A stretch of DNA of 64,000 bases from Candidatus Tritonobacter lacicola (GTDB taxonomy: Bacteria > Auribacterota > Tritonobacteria > Tritonobacterales > Tritonobacteraceae): contig JAVCDC010000125.1 in NCBI GenBank assembly GCA_030765135.1, positions 31,607 through 95,606 of the forward strand. Direction: 5' to 3'. The notes under the pieces were generated by a model. It saw only the letters and a list, made by a program, of their open reading frames with translations, was not told the DNA's origin and made no database searches. Positions 48,108-57,234 of the stretch are shown one piece after another (within the stretch, counting starts at the first letter, position 1; the number at the start of each line of letters is the position of its first letter). A program made the translations under genes and the position numbers.

Positions 48108-48184
48108 TCGTGTTTTCTCTAATTCGTGTAAATTAGTGTAATTCGTGGACCTTTTTCATTGCTTTTTCAGTCTTCTGTCTTCTG

Positions 48185-49630
48185 TCATCTGTCCTCTCGT
48201 GCCTTTTTCCACCGGAAGGCCGTCTTCATAAACGCGACGAAGCCGAGGAGGATGGCCGGCGCGGCCCGCCACTGCGTGAACATCCTCCCGGCATAATTAC
48301 AGATAATCCTCGGCCTCAGGTAGAACCTCCGGTACATCCTGCGCATCTGTCCCTCGAGCACGGCCTTCGTGAGCCCCCTGGGCACGAATACTGCGTTCAC
48401 CAGGTTCATCTTTCGCCAGTCGTCGTCGAAATCTCCGTAAGCCGCAGCCTCGCGGTATATCTGGGAGCCGGGGAAAGGGGTCAGCATCGTCACCGTCATA
48501 TCGTCCAGGGGAATAGACATGGCAAAATCGATCGTCTCTCTGAGCGACTCCTCGTTCTCCGTCTGGTGCCCCGTTATGAAGAAGCCCTTCGACAGGATTC
48601 CCGCCTCCTTCGTCCACCGGACCGCCCTCCTCACCGCCTCCAATTTTAACCCCTTTCCCACGAGGTCTAGTATCCTCTGGCTGCCGCTCTCTATGCCGTA
48701 GCCGATCTGCCAGCACCCTGCCCTTTTGAGCAGGGAGAGCATCTCCGGCTCGACCGCGTTCGCCCTCGCCAGGCACGACCAGGAGAGGTCGATCTCCTCC
48801 CGGAGGATCATCTCGCAGATCTCTCGCACCCTCCCGGGAAATAAGAAGAACGTGTCATCCTCGAAGAGGACCTCCCGGACGCCGTGCTCCATGATAAGCC
48901 TCTTGAGCATATCGATGATGTAACCGGGGCTGTACGCCCTGCATTTCGCGCCGAAGACCGAGCGGTCGCAGAACGTGCACTTGTTGGGGCAGCCTCTCGA
49001 GGTCACGATCGAGACCGCGGGAAGGCGGCGGAACCTGAAAGGACCGGGGTGGTACGCGCCGGGGAAGCCGGGAAGAAGGTCAAAGGCGGGAAAGGGGAGC
49101 CTGTCCATATCCTCTATGAAGGGTCTCCGCGCAGCCTCGATGATTTCCCCGTCTTTCCGGTACACGATCCCTTTTATGGACGAGAGATCACGGCCGGCGG
49201 ACAGCGCGTCCAGGAGGTCCACTATCAGATCCTCCCCCTCGCCCAGAACGCCGACATCGAAGGGGGGAAAGAGCTCCATGGTCAGCCGGGGGACCGCCGT
49301 GACGTGCGCCCCTCCTATTATAACGCTGATGCGCGGGTCGAGCTCCTTCAGCCTCCCCGCCAGCGAGGCGGCGCTGTTGATGGAGAGCGTGAGGGCGCTT
49401 AAGCCGACGAAGCCGGGCCCGTGCTCCATGATGGCGGAAACCGTCTGTTCGAGGCTCAAACCCAAGGAACAGGCCTCTACCAGACCCACCCCGTACCCCT
49501 CCCGCCTGGCAACGGCGGCCAGGTTGCACACACCCATCGCGGGAAGAGTGTTCGCGGCCGCCGAGAGCGCCCCGTAGCGCTCCACCAGGCCGAGCGGAGC
49601 GTTGACAAATACAATGCAGGGCTTCGACAT
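48185..49630 (-). CDS. B12-binding domain radical SAM enzyme
   Basis: MSKPCIVFVNAPLGLVERYG...VGLSAL B12-binding region; SRGCPNKCTFCDRS CxxxCxxC. Confidence 0.75.
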   Translation of the reverse strand: MSKPCIVFVNAPLGLVERYGALSAAANTLPAMGVCNLAAVARREGYGVGLVEACSLGLSLEQTVSAIMEHGPGFVGLSALTLSINSAASLAGRLKELDPRISVIIGGAHVTAVPRLTMELFPPFDVGVLGEGEDLIVDLLDALSAGRDLSSIKGIVYRKDGEIIEAARRPFIEDMDRLPFPAFDLLPGFPGAYHPGPFRFRRLPAVSIVTSRGCPNKCTFCDRSVFGAKCRAYSPGYIIDMLKRLIMEHGVREVLFEDDTFFLFPGRVREICEMILREEIDLSWSCLARANAVEPEMLSLLKRAGCWQIGYGIESGSQRILDLVGKGLKLEAVRRAVRWTKEAGILSKGFFITGHQTENEESLRETIDFAMSIPLDDMTVTMLTPFPGSQIYREAAAYGDFDDDWRKMNLVNAVFVPRGLTKAVLEGQMRRMYRRFYLRPRIICNYAGRMFTQWRAAPAILLGFVAFMKTAFRWKKAREDR

Positions 49631-49664
49631 TACCTTTTAAAGTCTCCCGGTATTCCAGCCATAA

Positions 49665-49703
49665 GCAGCATCCTAAATCAGCTTCGCTGACTTAGGATGC
49701 TGC
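49665..49703. promoter_or_regulatory. 12-bp perfect inverted repeat with a nested palindrome, between the oxidoreductase and rSAM genes
   Basis: GCAGCATCCTAA-atcagcttcgctgac-TTAGGATGCTGC; the loop contains TCAGC-ttc-GCTGA. Confidence 0.5.
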
Positions 49704-49743
49704 AGGAATCAAGTTCATTTACGCCTGAATCGCCCGAGGCGAT

Positions 49744-50748
49744 TTAGACTTTTACCGGAACGCCGCGGGCCTCGAGTGACTTCTGGGCGGCGTCGAGCAC
49801 TTTCAAGACTCGGAGGCCGTCCCTGCCGTCGGTCCTGGGGGGTTTTCTCGTCGAGATGCTCTCGATAAAGGTCCGGCACTCTATCTTGAGGGGCTCCTTG
49901 TTGGGGATCTTGGGAATATGGATGTCCCCGATCCTCAGCGTCAGGAGCTCCCCGTAACTTTCGTATGCCCCCTTGTAATCGACGCCCTTATCGTAAACCC
50001 TGATCTTCTCCGACGATTCGACGTCGTCGAAGACGACCATCTCCTTCGAGCCGACGATGGTGAACTTCCTTATCTTGTGAGGGTCCAGCCAGCTCACGTG
50101 TATATGGGCCATGACCTTATCCGGGAACTGGATAGTGATGAACACGATGTCCTCGACGCCCTCCCTGAGGTAGGCCTGGCCCCTGGCCGTTACCTCCAGC
50201 GGCTCGCGCCCGACCAGGAAGAGGATAACGGAGATGTCGTGGGGAGCGAAGCTCCAGAGGGCGTTCTCCTCCCTCCTGAGTTTTCCCAGGTTCACGCGCG
50301 TCGAGTAAATGTACCGTAGATCGCCGAGAGATCCGGACTCAATGTGATTCTTGACCCACTCCACGGCGGGATGGTACTCGAGGAGGTGCCCCACCATCAG
50401 TATCTTCTTCTCTTTATCCGCCAGGCTCACAAGCTCCTCGCCGTCCTTCACGCTGAGTGCCAGGGGCTTCTCAACGAAAACGTCCTTCCCGGCCTCGAGG
50501 GCGGCCCTCACGAGAGGCGCATGGGACACGGCAGAGCTGGCGATAACCACCGCGTCTATGCCTTTGTCGGACATAACGTCCCCGGAATCGGTTGTCAGCC
50601 CCACCGTGGGGTAGAGGCCCTTTATCTTGGAAAGAGCTTTCTCGTCCGCATCACAAATGGTGGCGACCGTCGCCTCTTCAAGAGCGTCGAAGTTCCTGAT
50701 GAGGTTCGGGCCCCAGTGCCCCGCGCCTATAACCGCCAGTCTTATCAT
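49744..50748 (-). CDS. Gfo/Idh/MocA-family NAD(P)-dependent oxidoreductase
   Basis: MIRLAVIGAGHWGPNLIRNF Rossmann N-terminus, EKPLA motif, 334 aa. Confidence 0.7.
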   Translation of the reverse strand: MIRLAVIGAGHWGPNLIRNFDALEEATVATICDADEKALSKIKGLYPTVGLTTDSGDVMSDKGIDAVVIASSAVSHAPLVRAALEAGKDVFVEKPLALSVKDGEELVSLADKEKKILMVGHLLEYHPAVEWVKNHIESGSLGDLRYIYSTRVNLGKLRREENALWSFAPHDISVILFLVGREPLEVTARGQAYLREGVEDIVFITIQFPDKVMAHIHVSWLDPHKIRKFTIVGSKEMVVFDDVESSEKIRVYDKGVDYKGAYESYGELLTLRIGDIHIPKIPNKEPLKIECRTFIESISTRKPPRTDGRDGLRVLKVLDAAQKSLEARGVPVKV

Positions 50749-50760
50749 GTGCTCCTCCTG

Positions 50761-51447
50761 CTATATCTCTATGCTCTCGCCGGCCTTCAGGACGGCAGCC
50801 TTTCGCTTCAGCGCCTCGACCTTCTTCCGGAAGTCGTCGGGGTCGGCCTTTATCACGTCGAAGGTGTTGTAGTGCATGGGAACGGCGAGCTTCGGCCTTA
50901 AAAATTCGACGGCCCTGACCGCATCGTCGACGTCCATGGTGAAGTTCCCGCCTACCGGGAGGAGGGCCGCGTCTATCTCCGTCAGCTCCCCTATCAGCTT
51001 CATGTCGAGGAAGAGGCCGGTGTCGCCCGCGTGGTAGATGTTCTTTCCATCGATCTCAACGAGGAAGCCGCATGGGCTGCCCGCGTACTCCATACCACTG
51101 TCTCCAGGGACGGCGGAGCCGTGGTGGGCGATAGTCAGCTTGACGCGGCCGAAGGGAAAATCGTATCCGCCTCCTATGTGCATGGGGTGGGCCTTCGCCC
51201 CCTTTCCCTCGCAGTACGTCGCCAGTTCGAACGGGGCTATCACCGTCGCGCCGTTTGCCTTAGCTATGGCAATGGAGTCACCCAGGTGGTCCGGGTGACC
51301 GTGCGTTACAAGGACGTAATCGGCTTTAATATCAGACGGTTCGGCCACCGCAAGGGGGTTCCCCTCGAGAAACGGATCGATGACCAGTGACGTCTCCCTC
51401 CCCTCGATAACAAACCCCGAATGGCCGAGATACGTTATCTTCGGCAT
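50761..51447 (-). CDS. metallo-beta-lactamase-fold metal-dependent hydrolase (UPF0173-like)
   Basis: YVLVTHGHPDHLGD HxHxDH motif; 228 aa. Confidence 0.7.
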   Translation of the reverse strand: MPKITYLGHSGFVIEGRETSLVIDPFLEGNPLAVAEPSDIKADYVLVTHGHPDHLGDSIAIAKANGATVIAPFELATYCEGKGAKAHPMHIGGGYDFPFGRVKLTIAHHGSAVPGDSGMEYAGSPCGFLVEIDGKNIYHAGDTGLFLDMKLIGELTEIDAALLPVGGNFTMDVDDAVRAVEFLRPKLAVPMHYNTFDVIKADPDDFRKKVEALKRKAAVLKAGESIEI

Positions 51448-51490
51448 GCTTTCCTCCTTATATATGAAAAGACCTTCCCCGGTCCCGGAT

Positions 51491-51545
51491 ATTCAATCAT
51501 CAATTACCGGCAGTCAATTGTCAATCGTCAATCGTCCTTCTCGCA
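51491..51545. repeat. (TCAATCG)n-type repeat at the 3' end of the REC-GGDEF gene
   Basis: attcaatcatcaattaccggcagtcaattgtcaatcgtcaatcgtccttctcgcaatcttccttctcg; the stop codon sits at the same position in the repeat as at 10390. Confidence 0.8.
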
Positions 51546-52472
51546 ATCTTCCTTCTCGCACAAGCAGACCCTGTCCTTCCCCTCGTACTTGGCCCTGTAA
51601 AGAGCGCGGTCGGCAAGCTCCACGAGCTCGCCGGTCGTAGCGGCGTCTCCGGGGCACGAGGCTATGCCGATGCTTACCGTGAGCTTGCCGCCGGGGAGAA
51701 CATCTTCGTTCTCGAATTTCTCTTCCCGGACGATATCCCGGAACCTGCCGGCTATCTCGAGGGCGTCACTCCTGCCGGTATGGGGAAGTATCACGGCGAA
51801 CTCCTCTCCCCCGTACCGCGCTATAATGTCGCTCTTGCGCATGGAGCTCTCGAAGAGATGGGACAGGCCTTTCAGCAGCTCGTTTCCCTTTATGTGGCCG
51901 TTCACGTCGTTGTATATTTTAAAATCGTCGATGTCCACCATCATCAGCGACACCGGGTATGAATACCGCAGGGCGCGGCCGAACTCTAGCTCCAGGCACT
52001 CCTTGAAGTGCCTGTAGTTGTAAACACCGGTCAGCTCGTCCACGATGGAGAGCTGGCGGAACTTCTCTCGCTCGCTGGCGGCCTTCATCAAGCCCTGCCT
52101 CTCGCGAGCCCTTTCAACGATCATCCGCAGCATTTCCAGAGTGAAGGGCTTGGTGATAAAATCATAGGCTCCCTTCTGGATCGCTTCCGCGACAGACTTG
52201 ATGGAAGGAAAGGAAGTGATCGCCACGATGCACGAATCGGGCCTCAACCGGTGCATGGCCTCTATGATGCCCATCCCCTCCCCGCCGGAGAGCTCCAGGT
52301 TGACCATGATAACGAAGTAGAAATGCTCACCCGCCTTCTCCAGTCCCTCACCGGCGGTCTCGCACGTCGATACGTCATAGCCGTCCCTCTCGAGGACGCC
52401 GACAAGGAGCCCGCGCATCAACTCGTCGTCCTCGATAACAAGAATTTGTCCCTTGTTATTTTGCTCTTCCAT
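51528..52472 (-). CDS. response regulator with GGDEF diguanylate cyclase output (PleD/WspR-like)
   Basis: REC domain ILVIEDDELMRGLL; GGDEF domain with RYGGEEFAVILP active site. Confidence 0.75.
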   Translation of the reverse strand: MEEQNNKGQILVIEDDELMRGLLVGVLERDGYDVSTCETAGEGLEKAGEHFYFVIMVNLELSGGEGMGIIEAMHRLRPDSCIVAITSFPSIKSVAEAIQKGAYDFITKPFTLEMLRMIVERARERQGLMKAASEREKFRQLSIVDELTGVYNYRHFKECLELEFGRALRYSYPVSLMMVDIDDFKIYNDVNGHIKGNELLKGLSHLFESSMRKSDIIARYGGEEFAVILPHTGRSDALEIAGRFRDIVREEKFENEDVLPGGKLTVSIGIASCPGDAATTGELVELADRALYRAKYEGKDRVCLCEKEDCEKDD

Positions 52473-52487
52473 CTTTTCCCGCTTATG

Positions 52488-54086
52488 TTATTTGGCCTTC
52501 AATGTCCTTCTCTCATCCCTGTCTATCGCCTCCCAGAAGCACCTAAGAAGGTCTGTCCTGCCGAGCGCGGCCAGGTAGGCTGTGAGCGTCGCAAGCCTGT
52601 CGGCGGCTGACGAGTAAGGGAGCATGTACCTGTCCAGCCGCGAGAGATTCATTATAGCCATTTTTCGCGATACCCTCATCACGAACCTCAGGGCCTCCGG
52701 GTCGAGTAAATAAAACAGCTCAGCCTCCCCCTCCTTCACCATGATATTGCTGCCCTTGAGATCGGTATGGTACACGCCGCGCCTGTGGAGGTCTGCCAGG
52801 AACACGCCCAGCCGCCGGCAGAACGCCCTCCTCCCGCGCACGCCGCCGGCAGGCAGGCTGTCCCTCACGTAGTGCGGTAAAACGGCGGCGCCCTCAAGAA
52901 AATCAGCCACGAAGAACGACTCCGTCACGAACCCCATGCAACGCCTCTCGACAAAGGCAACCGCGACGGGGCCACCGATCATCCGCTCGGCGAGACCCCT
53001 GGCCCCGAGCCACGCTTTTTTTCCCCGCGACGCCCTCATGAACGCACCCGCCTTCTTCGCGATTGTGGGGGGCCTGTGCCACTTTATAACGAGGTGTTCC
53101 CCCGTCCCCGCGCGCAGGGAAGCGACGCGGTTTGTCCTCGATGCCTTGATCACGCGCCCCTTCCCGTACGCGCCGCGCGGATCGGCAAGGAGCTCCCTCA
53201 AGCAGCCCGTATCGCGCTCCGTGGACACGAAACCCACGTATCCGCCTCGACGCAGAGGGCGGGTGTATTTACGGGCGCGGAGATACCTCCTGCGCCGCCG
53301 ACGCCAGAGGCGCCACCTGGCCCGCACCGCCCCCTCCTCCACGGCGGCGGCGGTCCGCTTCATGTCGCACTCCAGGCCGTGCGCGTAGCTCTTGAGAAAG
53401 AACAGCCTGTCCGTCCGGGAAATCACGAGGCCGTAATAAGTATCCAGCTGGACGAGGTTTTTAATCCGCTCCCTCATGCCGAGGTTCCTACGGAAGCCGG
53501 CGCCGTGGAGGTCAACTATAAAACTATCCGGGTCCGCCCCTTCACCGCCTCGATGACGCGCCAGGAGTATATTTCCCGAATGGAGGTCCCTGTGCAGCAC
53601 CCCCCCGTCGTGGAATTTCCTGAGGGCGACCGCCACGGAGCGGATAATGCGCCTGCGGGCGCGAATGCCGGACGAGCGGAGGGAAACCTCCGAAAGGGGA
53701 ATGCAGTCCGGCAACCCTTCCGTTACGAGATAGCTCTCCTTCGTCAATCCCTTATTCACCGTCTCTCCGGCGGCCACGGCCCTGACCGTCCGGACCCCAC
53801 GCCGCTCCGCCTCCCGCAGGGCCCCGTATTCCCTCATGCCCCTCGATCTCAAGAGGGACAGCGGGAATCGGGGAGGTCGGTGAATCTTGACGAAAAGGGA
53901 GATTGTTCTTTCACCGGAAGCAAGCTCCCCCCGGACAATCCTCCTTGAAGACGAGGATTTCAGTGTCCGGCCCGATGAGCCGTTCAGGAGCCCTTCCAGA
54001 GCGTCGACATCGAATATCCAGCCATACCCCGGGGCCACCCTCCATGTGATGCCCCACCTGCTTACCCTGTCCGAGCCCATGGTCAA
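52488..54086 (-). CDS. tandem Kdo/WaaP-family lipopolysaccharide-kinase-like protein
   Basis: Two kinase-like halves, each with an HRDLHSGNILL / VYHTDLKGSNIMV catalytic-loop motif, as in KdkA/WaaP/InaA family proteins. Confidence 0.45.
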   Translation of the reverse strand: MTMGSDRVSRWGITWRVAPGYGWIFDVDALEGLLNGSSGRTLKSSSSRRIVRGELASGERTISLFVKIHRPPRFPLSLLRSRGMREYGALREAERRGVRTVRAVAAGETVNKGLTKESYLVTEGLPDCIPLSEVSLRSSGIRARRRIIRSVAVALRKFHDGGVLHRDLHSGNILLARHRGGEGADPDSFIVDLHGAGFRRNLGMRERIKNLVQLDTYYGLVISRTDRLFFLKSYAHGLECDMKRTAAAVEEGAVRARWRLWRRRRRRYLRARKYTRPLRRGGYVGFVSTERDTGCLRELLADPRGAYGKGRVIKASRTNRVASLRAGTGEHLVIKWHRPPTIAKKAGAFMRASRGKKAWLGARGLAERMIGGPVAVAFVERRCMGFVTESFFVADFLEGAAVLPHYVRDSLPAGGVRGRRAFCRRLGVFLADLHRRGVYHTDLKGSNIMVKEGEAELFYLLDPEALRFVMRVSRKMAIMNLSRLDRYMLPYSSAADRLATLTAYLAALGRTDLLRCFWEAIDRDERRTLKAK

Positions 54087-54102
54087 AGAAGGGTCCGCGC
54101 TG

Positions 54103-55635
54103 TCAGCGCTTCTTTCCCTTACGGCCCCCGCGAAGGCGCTTTGCCCGGGAAGGCTTACCGGCCGGGCGCCCGCCGGGCCGGGCCGGGCGGGGATGCCCGG
54201 TGAGTGGCTTCAGAGGCAGCTTCACGGTAAACGTGCTGCCCTCCCCAAGAGCGCTCTTCACGCCGATCTCCCCGCCGTGCTGTTTTACGATACCGTAGGA
54301 GACCGACAGGCCCAGGCCGTATCCGGGAAGCGTCCCCCGCCCTATCGCCCCTTTAGTCGTTACAAACGGCTCGAAGATACGGCCGATAATCTCCTTGCCG
54401 ATCCCGGAGCCGGTATCCGTGAAATCTATCCTGACGTACTCCCCTTCCCGCCTGACCCGTATGGTAAGGGTCCCTCCCGAAGGCATCGCGTGGTGAGCGT
54501 TAATTAAAATATTGAGAAATACCTGCTGCATCTGGCCCCTGTCCAGAAGCACCCCGGGAACCCTTCCGTACCGTCGGACTATCTTTATCCCCTCCGCCCC
54601 CATGCCCCGTGCGACTATGGAGAGAATGCTTTCCATGATATCGGGCACGCTGGAAAGCTCCTTTTTCGTATGGGCCCGCCGCGCGAACGAAAGAAGATTG
54701 GATGTGATGTTCCTCGCCCTCTCACACACCCTCAAAGCGACATCCACGGCCTTGTCCTTGGCCTCGTCCGTCCCCTTGCTCCTGGCGAACTGGGCCCTCC
54801 CGCTGATGATGGCGAGCAGGTTGTTGAACTCATGCGCGAGGCCGCTTGCAAGCTGGCCTATCGCTGCCAGCTTCTCCGCATGTACGAGCTGCCCCTGCAG
54901 CTCCTTCTGTTCGGTTATGTCCTGGGAAACGCCGACATAGCCGATCTTCCGGCCGTCCTCATCCCACACCGCGTCGAGAAGGAGGATCACGGGAAAGATA
55001 GTGCCGTCCTTCCTCCTGGCATATATCTCCTTCCGCCACCTGCCGCCGCTTGCCTCATCTTTCACCAGCTTCACCAGGTCCTTCGGGTTACCCGGGATGT
55101 TACCGAAGAAAACGGTCGCCTTTTTGCCCTCCATCTGCTCCCTGGTGAATCCCATCATCTCCGTCATCGCGGGGTTCACATACACGATCTTGTGATCCAG
55201 GTCCGTGAGGCACACGCTCTCCTCCAGGCACTCGACGACCCGGGTCAACCTTTTCATGCGGAGCTCCTCCCCGGCCGATACCCCACTTCTTCCAAGGAAA
55301 GCAAGCCGCGACGGCGGACCGTCCACGGGAACGACACAGAAAGAGAAGTGCTCCCGCCCCAGCTCGAACGCGGCGGCCCTCCCGCAGCCTCCATGCATCG
55401 CCGTGGAGATAATTTCCTCCAGCAATCGCCGCTCCCGGCCGCTCACGAGGCCCGTGATCCTGCTCCCGACGAGCTCGTCTTCCTTCCGGCCCAGGAGCCG
55501 GCAGAGTTTTTTCCCTGCATACGTCAGCCTCGCCTTCTCGTCGACGGCGAAAACCAGGTCACAGGCCTTCTCCATCTGGTCCAGGTGGAGCAATACCTCC
55601 CCTTTTTTCTGAGATCTCTTGATATTTCGCCCCAT
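54103..55635 (-). CDS. PAS-domain sensor histidine kinase
   Basis: Two PAS-like regions, then HisKA AIGQLASGLAHEFNNLL, then HATPase_c (GSGIGKEII...GTGLGLSVSYGIV). ATG start at 55635; the ORF-track TTG extension is unlikely. Confidence 0.7.
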   Translation of the reverse strand: MGRNIKRSQKKGEVLLHLDQMEKACDLVFAVDEKARLTYAGKKLCRLLGRKEDELVGSRITGLVSGRERRLLEEIISTAMHGGCGRAAAFELGREHFSFCVVPVDGPPSRLAFLGRSGVSAGEELRMKRLTRVVECLEESVCLTDLDHKIVYVNPAMTEMMGFTREQMEGKKATVFFGNIPGNPKDLVKLVKDEASGGRWRKEIYARRKDGTIFPVILLLDAVWDEDGRKIGYVGVSQDITEQKELQGQLVHAEKLAAIGQLASGLAHEFNNLLAIISGRAQFARSKGTDEAKDKAVDVALRVCERARNITSNLLSFARRAHTKKELSSVPDIMESILSIVARGMGAEGIKIVRRYGRVPGVLLDRGQMQQVFLNILINAHHAMPSGGTLTIRVRREGEYVRIDFTDTGSGIGKEIIGRIFEPFVTTKGAIGRGTLPGYGLGLSVSYGIVKQHGGEIGVKSALGEGSTFTVKLPLKPLTGHPRPARPGGRPAGKPSRAKRLRGGRKGKKR

Positions 55636-55683
55636 GATGATCTCTGTTAACAGCAGAACCAAATAACCTTGATTCCCGTTTTT

Positions 55684-56469
55684 TTATCGAACTGGATTCT
55701 CCCTGCGAAGATTTTTAATCTTCTTCAGGAGGCCCTTGCGGGCCGGGAACTGTTTGATAATATCCTCGTAGCAGCCTATGGCCTCGTCCGGCCGGCCCTC
55801 CTTCTCGAAAACGGCCCCCATGTAAAGGAGGATCGAAACCCTGGCGAGCTGCTCCGGATCATCTCCCATTGCGGCGCAGGCGTTCCAGTTCGAGAGGGCC
55901 CTCTCGAGCGCCTTTAAGGCCAGCGAATCATCTTTTTCCCTGGTAAACAGGTAGCGCCCCAGGTCGGTGTACAGGAGGTACGAGTCCGGGTTTTTCTTTA
56001 CTCCCCGCTGAAGGAGGTCTATCGCATCCGGGGACTTCCCCACCCGCTCCAGCCAGTAGGCGCCTGTGAGGTACGCCTCCTCCTTGTTGGGGTCGAGGGC
56101 TATGGCCGCCCCGATCATCGGGAACATCTCCCTCAGGCTTCCGCCATCCAGGTGAACGTGCCCGGCCGGGTGGATCGCTTCGTTCAGCCGGCCGATATAA
56201 TCCCCTCGCTCGCGGCGGTGCTCATCTTCCATATCGCCCCCGAGGCCCTCAAAATGCGTGCACTCGACGTGCCGTATTCCCCGGTGAAAATAGTCGTCGG
56301 CCCGGACGAGGGCCATATCGCCCAGGACAGACCGCATCTCCCCCAGGAGCACCCCCAGCAGGTCCTCCTCCCCCGCGGCGCCGCCCGCGAAATAGCCGTC
56401 CAGCGGGGCGGCAAGGAACCCGCACGCCGCAACGAGCGCCGCGACGGTGATGAGACCGTGGAGCCTCAT
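55684..56469 (-). CDS. TPR-repeat periplasmic protein with signal peptide
   Basis: N-terminal signal (LITVAALVAACGF); TPR-like helices in the C-terminal half. Confidence 0.45.
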   Translation of the reverse strand: MRLHGLITVAALVAACGFLAAPLDGYFAGGAAGEEDLLGVLLGEMRSVLGDMALVRADDYFHRGIRHVECTHFEGLGGDMEDEHRRERGDYIGRLNEAIHPAGHVHLDGGSLREMFPMIGAAIALDPNKEEAYLTGAYWLERVGKSPDAIDLLQRGVKKNPDSYLLYTDLGRYLFTREKDDSLALKALERALSNWNACAAMGDDPEQLARVSILLYMGAVFEKEGRPDEAIGCYEDIIKQFPARKGLLKKIKNLRRENPVR

Positions 56470-57234
56470 TTACAGCACCTTTCTTCTGAAGACGATCCAG
56501 GCCAGAAGAACGAACGCCGCCACGTAGCACGCCGTGTAAACCGTCAGCACCGTCACAGCCGGGGCCGGCACGGGCGGCCACATGTGGATAACACGTGTCT
56601 TTATGTCGTAAAACTCGAAGTGCGGGAGGATGAAGTAGAGCGCCGAGCACAGGAAAGAGGGCAGAGCGGCCATCTGCTCCGCCATGTCGTGTAGGCGCGC
56701 GCCCAACAGCTTGATGAAGAAATAGACGAGGAAAGAGAGGGTGACGTTTGCGCCGTACGTAAGGAAAGTCGAGAAAAATATAACCATCGATGCAACGAGG
56801 AGGACGGACAGCAGCTGAAGATAGTACGACTGCAGTATTAAAATCCATCCTGTCCCCTGCCCCGCGGAGATGACGGTGAAGAAGGCGTAAAATATCGTCA
56901 GGCCGAAGATCGATGCAAGGCTCGCCCCGAGAAACTTCCCCATGATGAACCCCAGCCGGCTTATCGGCTTCGCCAGGAGCGGGTAGATCGTCCTCTTCTC
57001 TATCTCGCACGGGAGCTGGCGGCCCGCCGAAACAACTGTGATTATCAGGACGAAAAGCCATATCAGGGACAGCGACAGGTCGCGCATGTAACGCGTGGCC
57101 CCCGCTATACCCATGAACCGGTACCCGGAGGAGAGCAACACGATTACCACCGTCAGGGCGAGGATGACGTAATAATCTTTACGCCGGAAGAACTCCCTCA
57201 CGACGTTTACGGCAACGGCCCACACACCCTTCAC
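56470..57234 (-). CDS. ABC-2 type transporter permease
   Basis: Six TM helices, 254 aa; its stop abuts the downstream gene, and ATGA overlap with the upstream ATPase. Confidence 0.6.
   Translation of the reverse strand: MKGVWAVAVNVVREFFRRKDYYVILALTVVIVLLSSGYRFMGIAGATRYMRDLSLSLIWLFVLIITVVSAGRQLPCEIEKRTIYPLLAKPISRLGFIMGKFLGASLASIFGLTIFYAFFTVISAGQGTGWILILQSYYLQLLSVLLVASMVIFFSTFLTYGANVTLSFLVYFFIKLLGARLHDMAEQMAALPSFLCSALYFILPHFEFYDIKTRVIHMWPPVPAPAVTVLTVYTACYVAAFVLLAWIVFRRKVL

Noticed and set aside
47578-48184. tRNA or tmRNA in the long ORF-free spacer (GGATTCGA seen at about 47607)
   Set aside because: No cloverleaf-compatible acceptor/T-arm pairing and no CCA context. Only a chance GGATTCGA.
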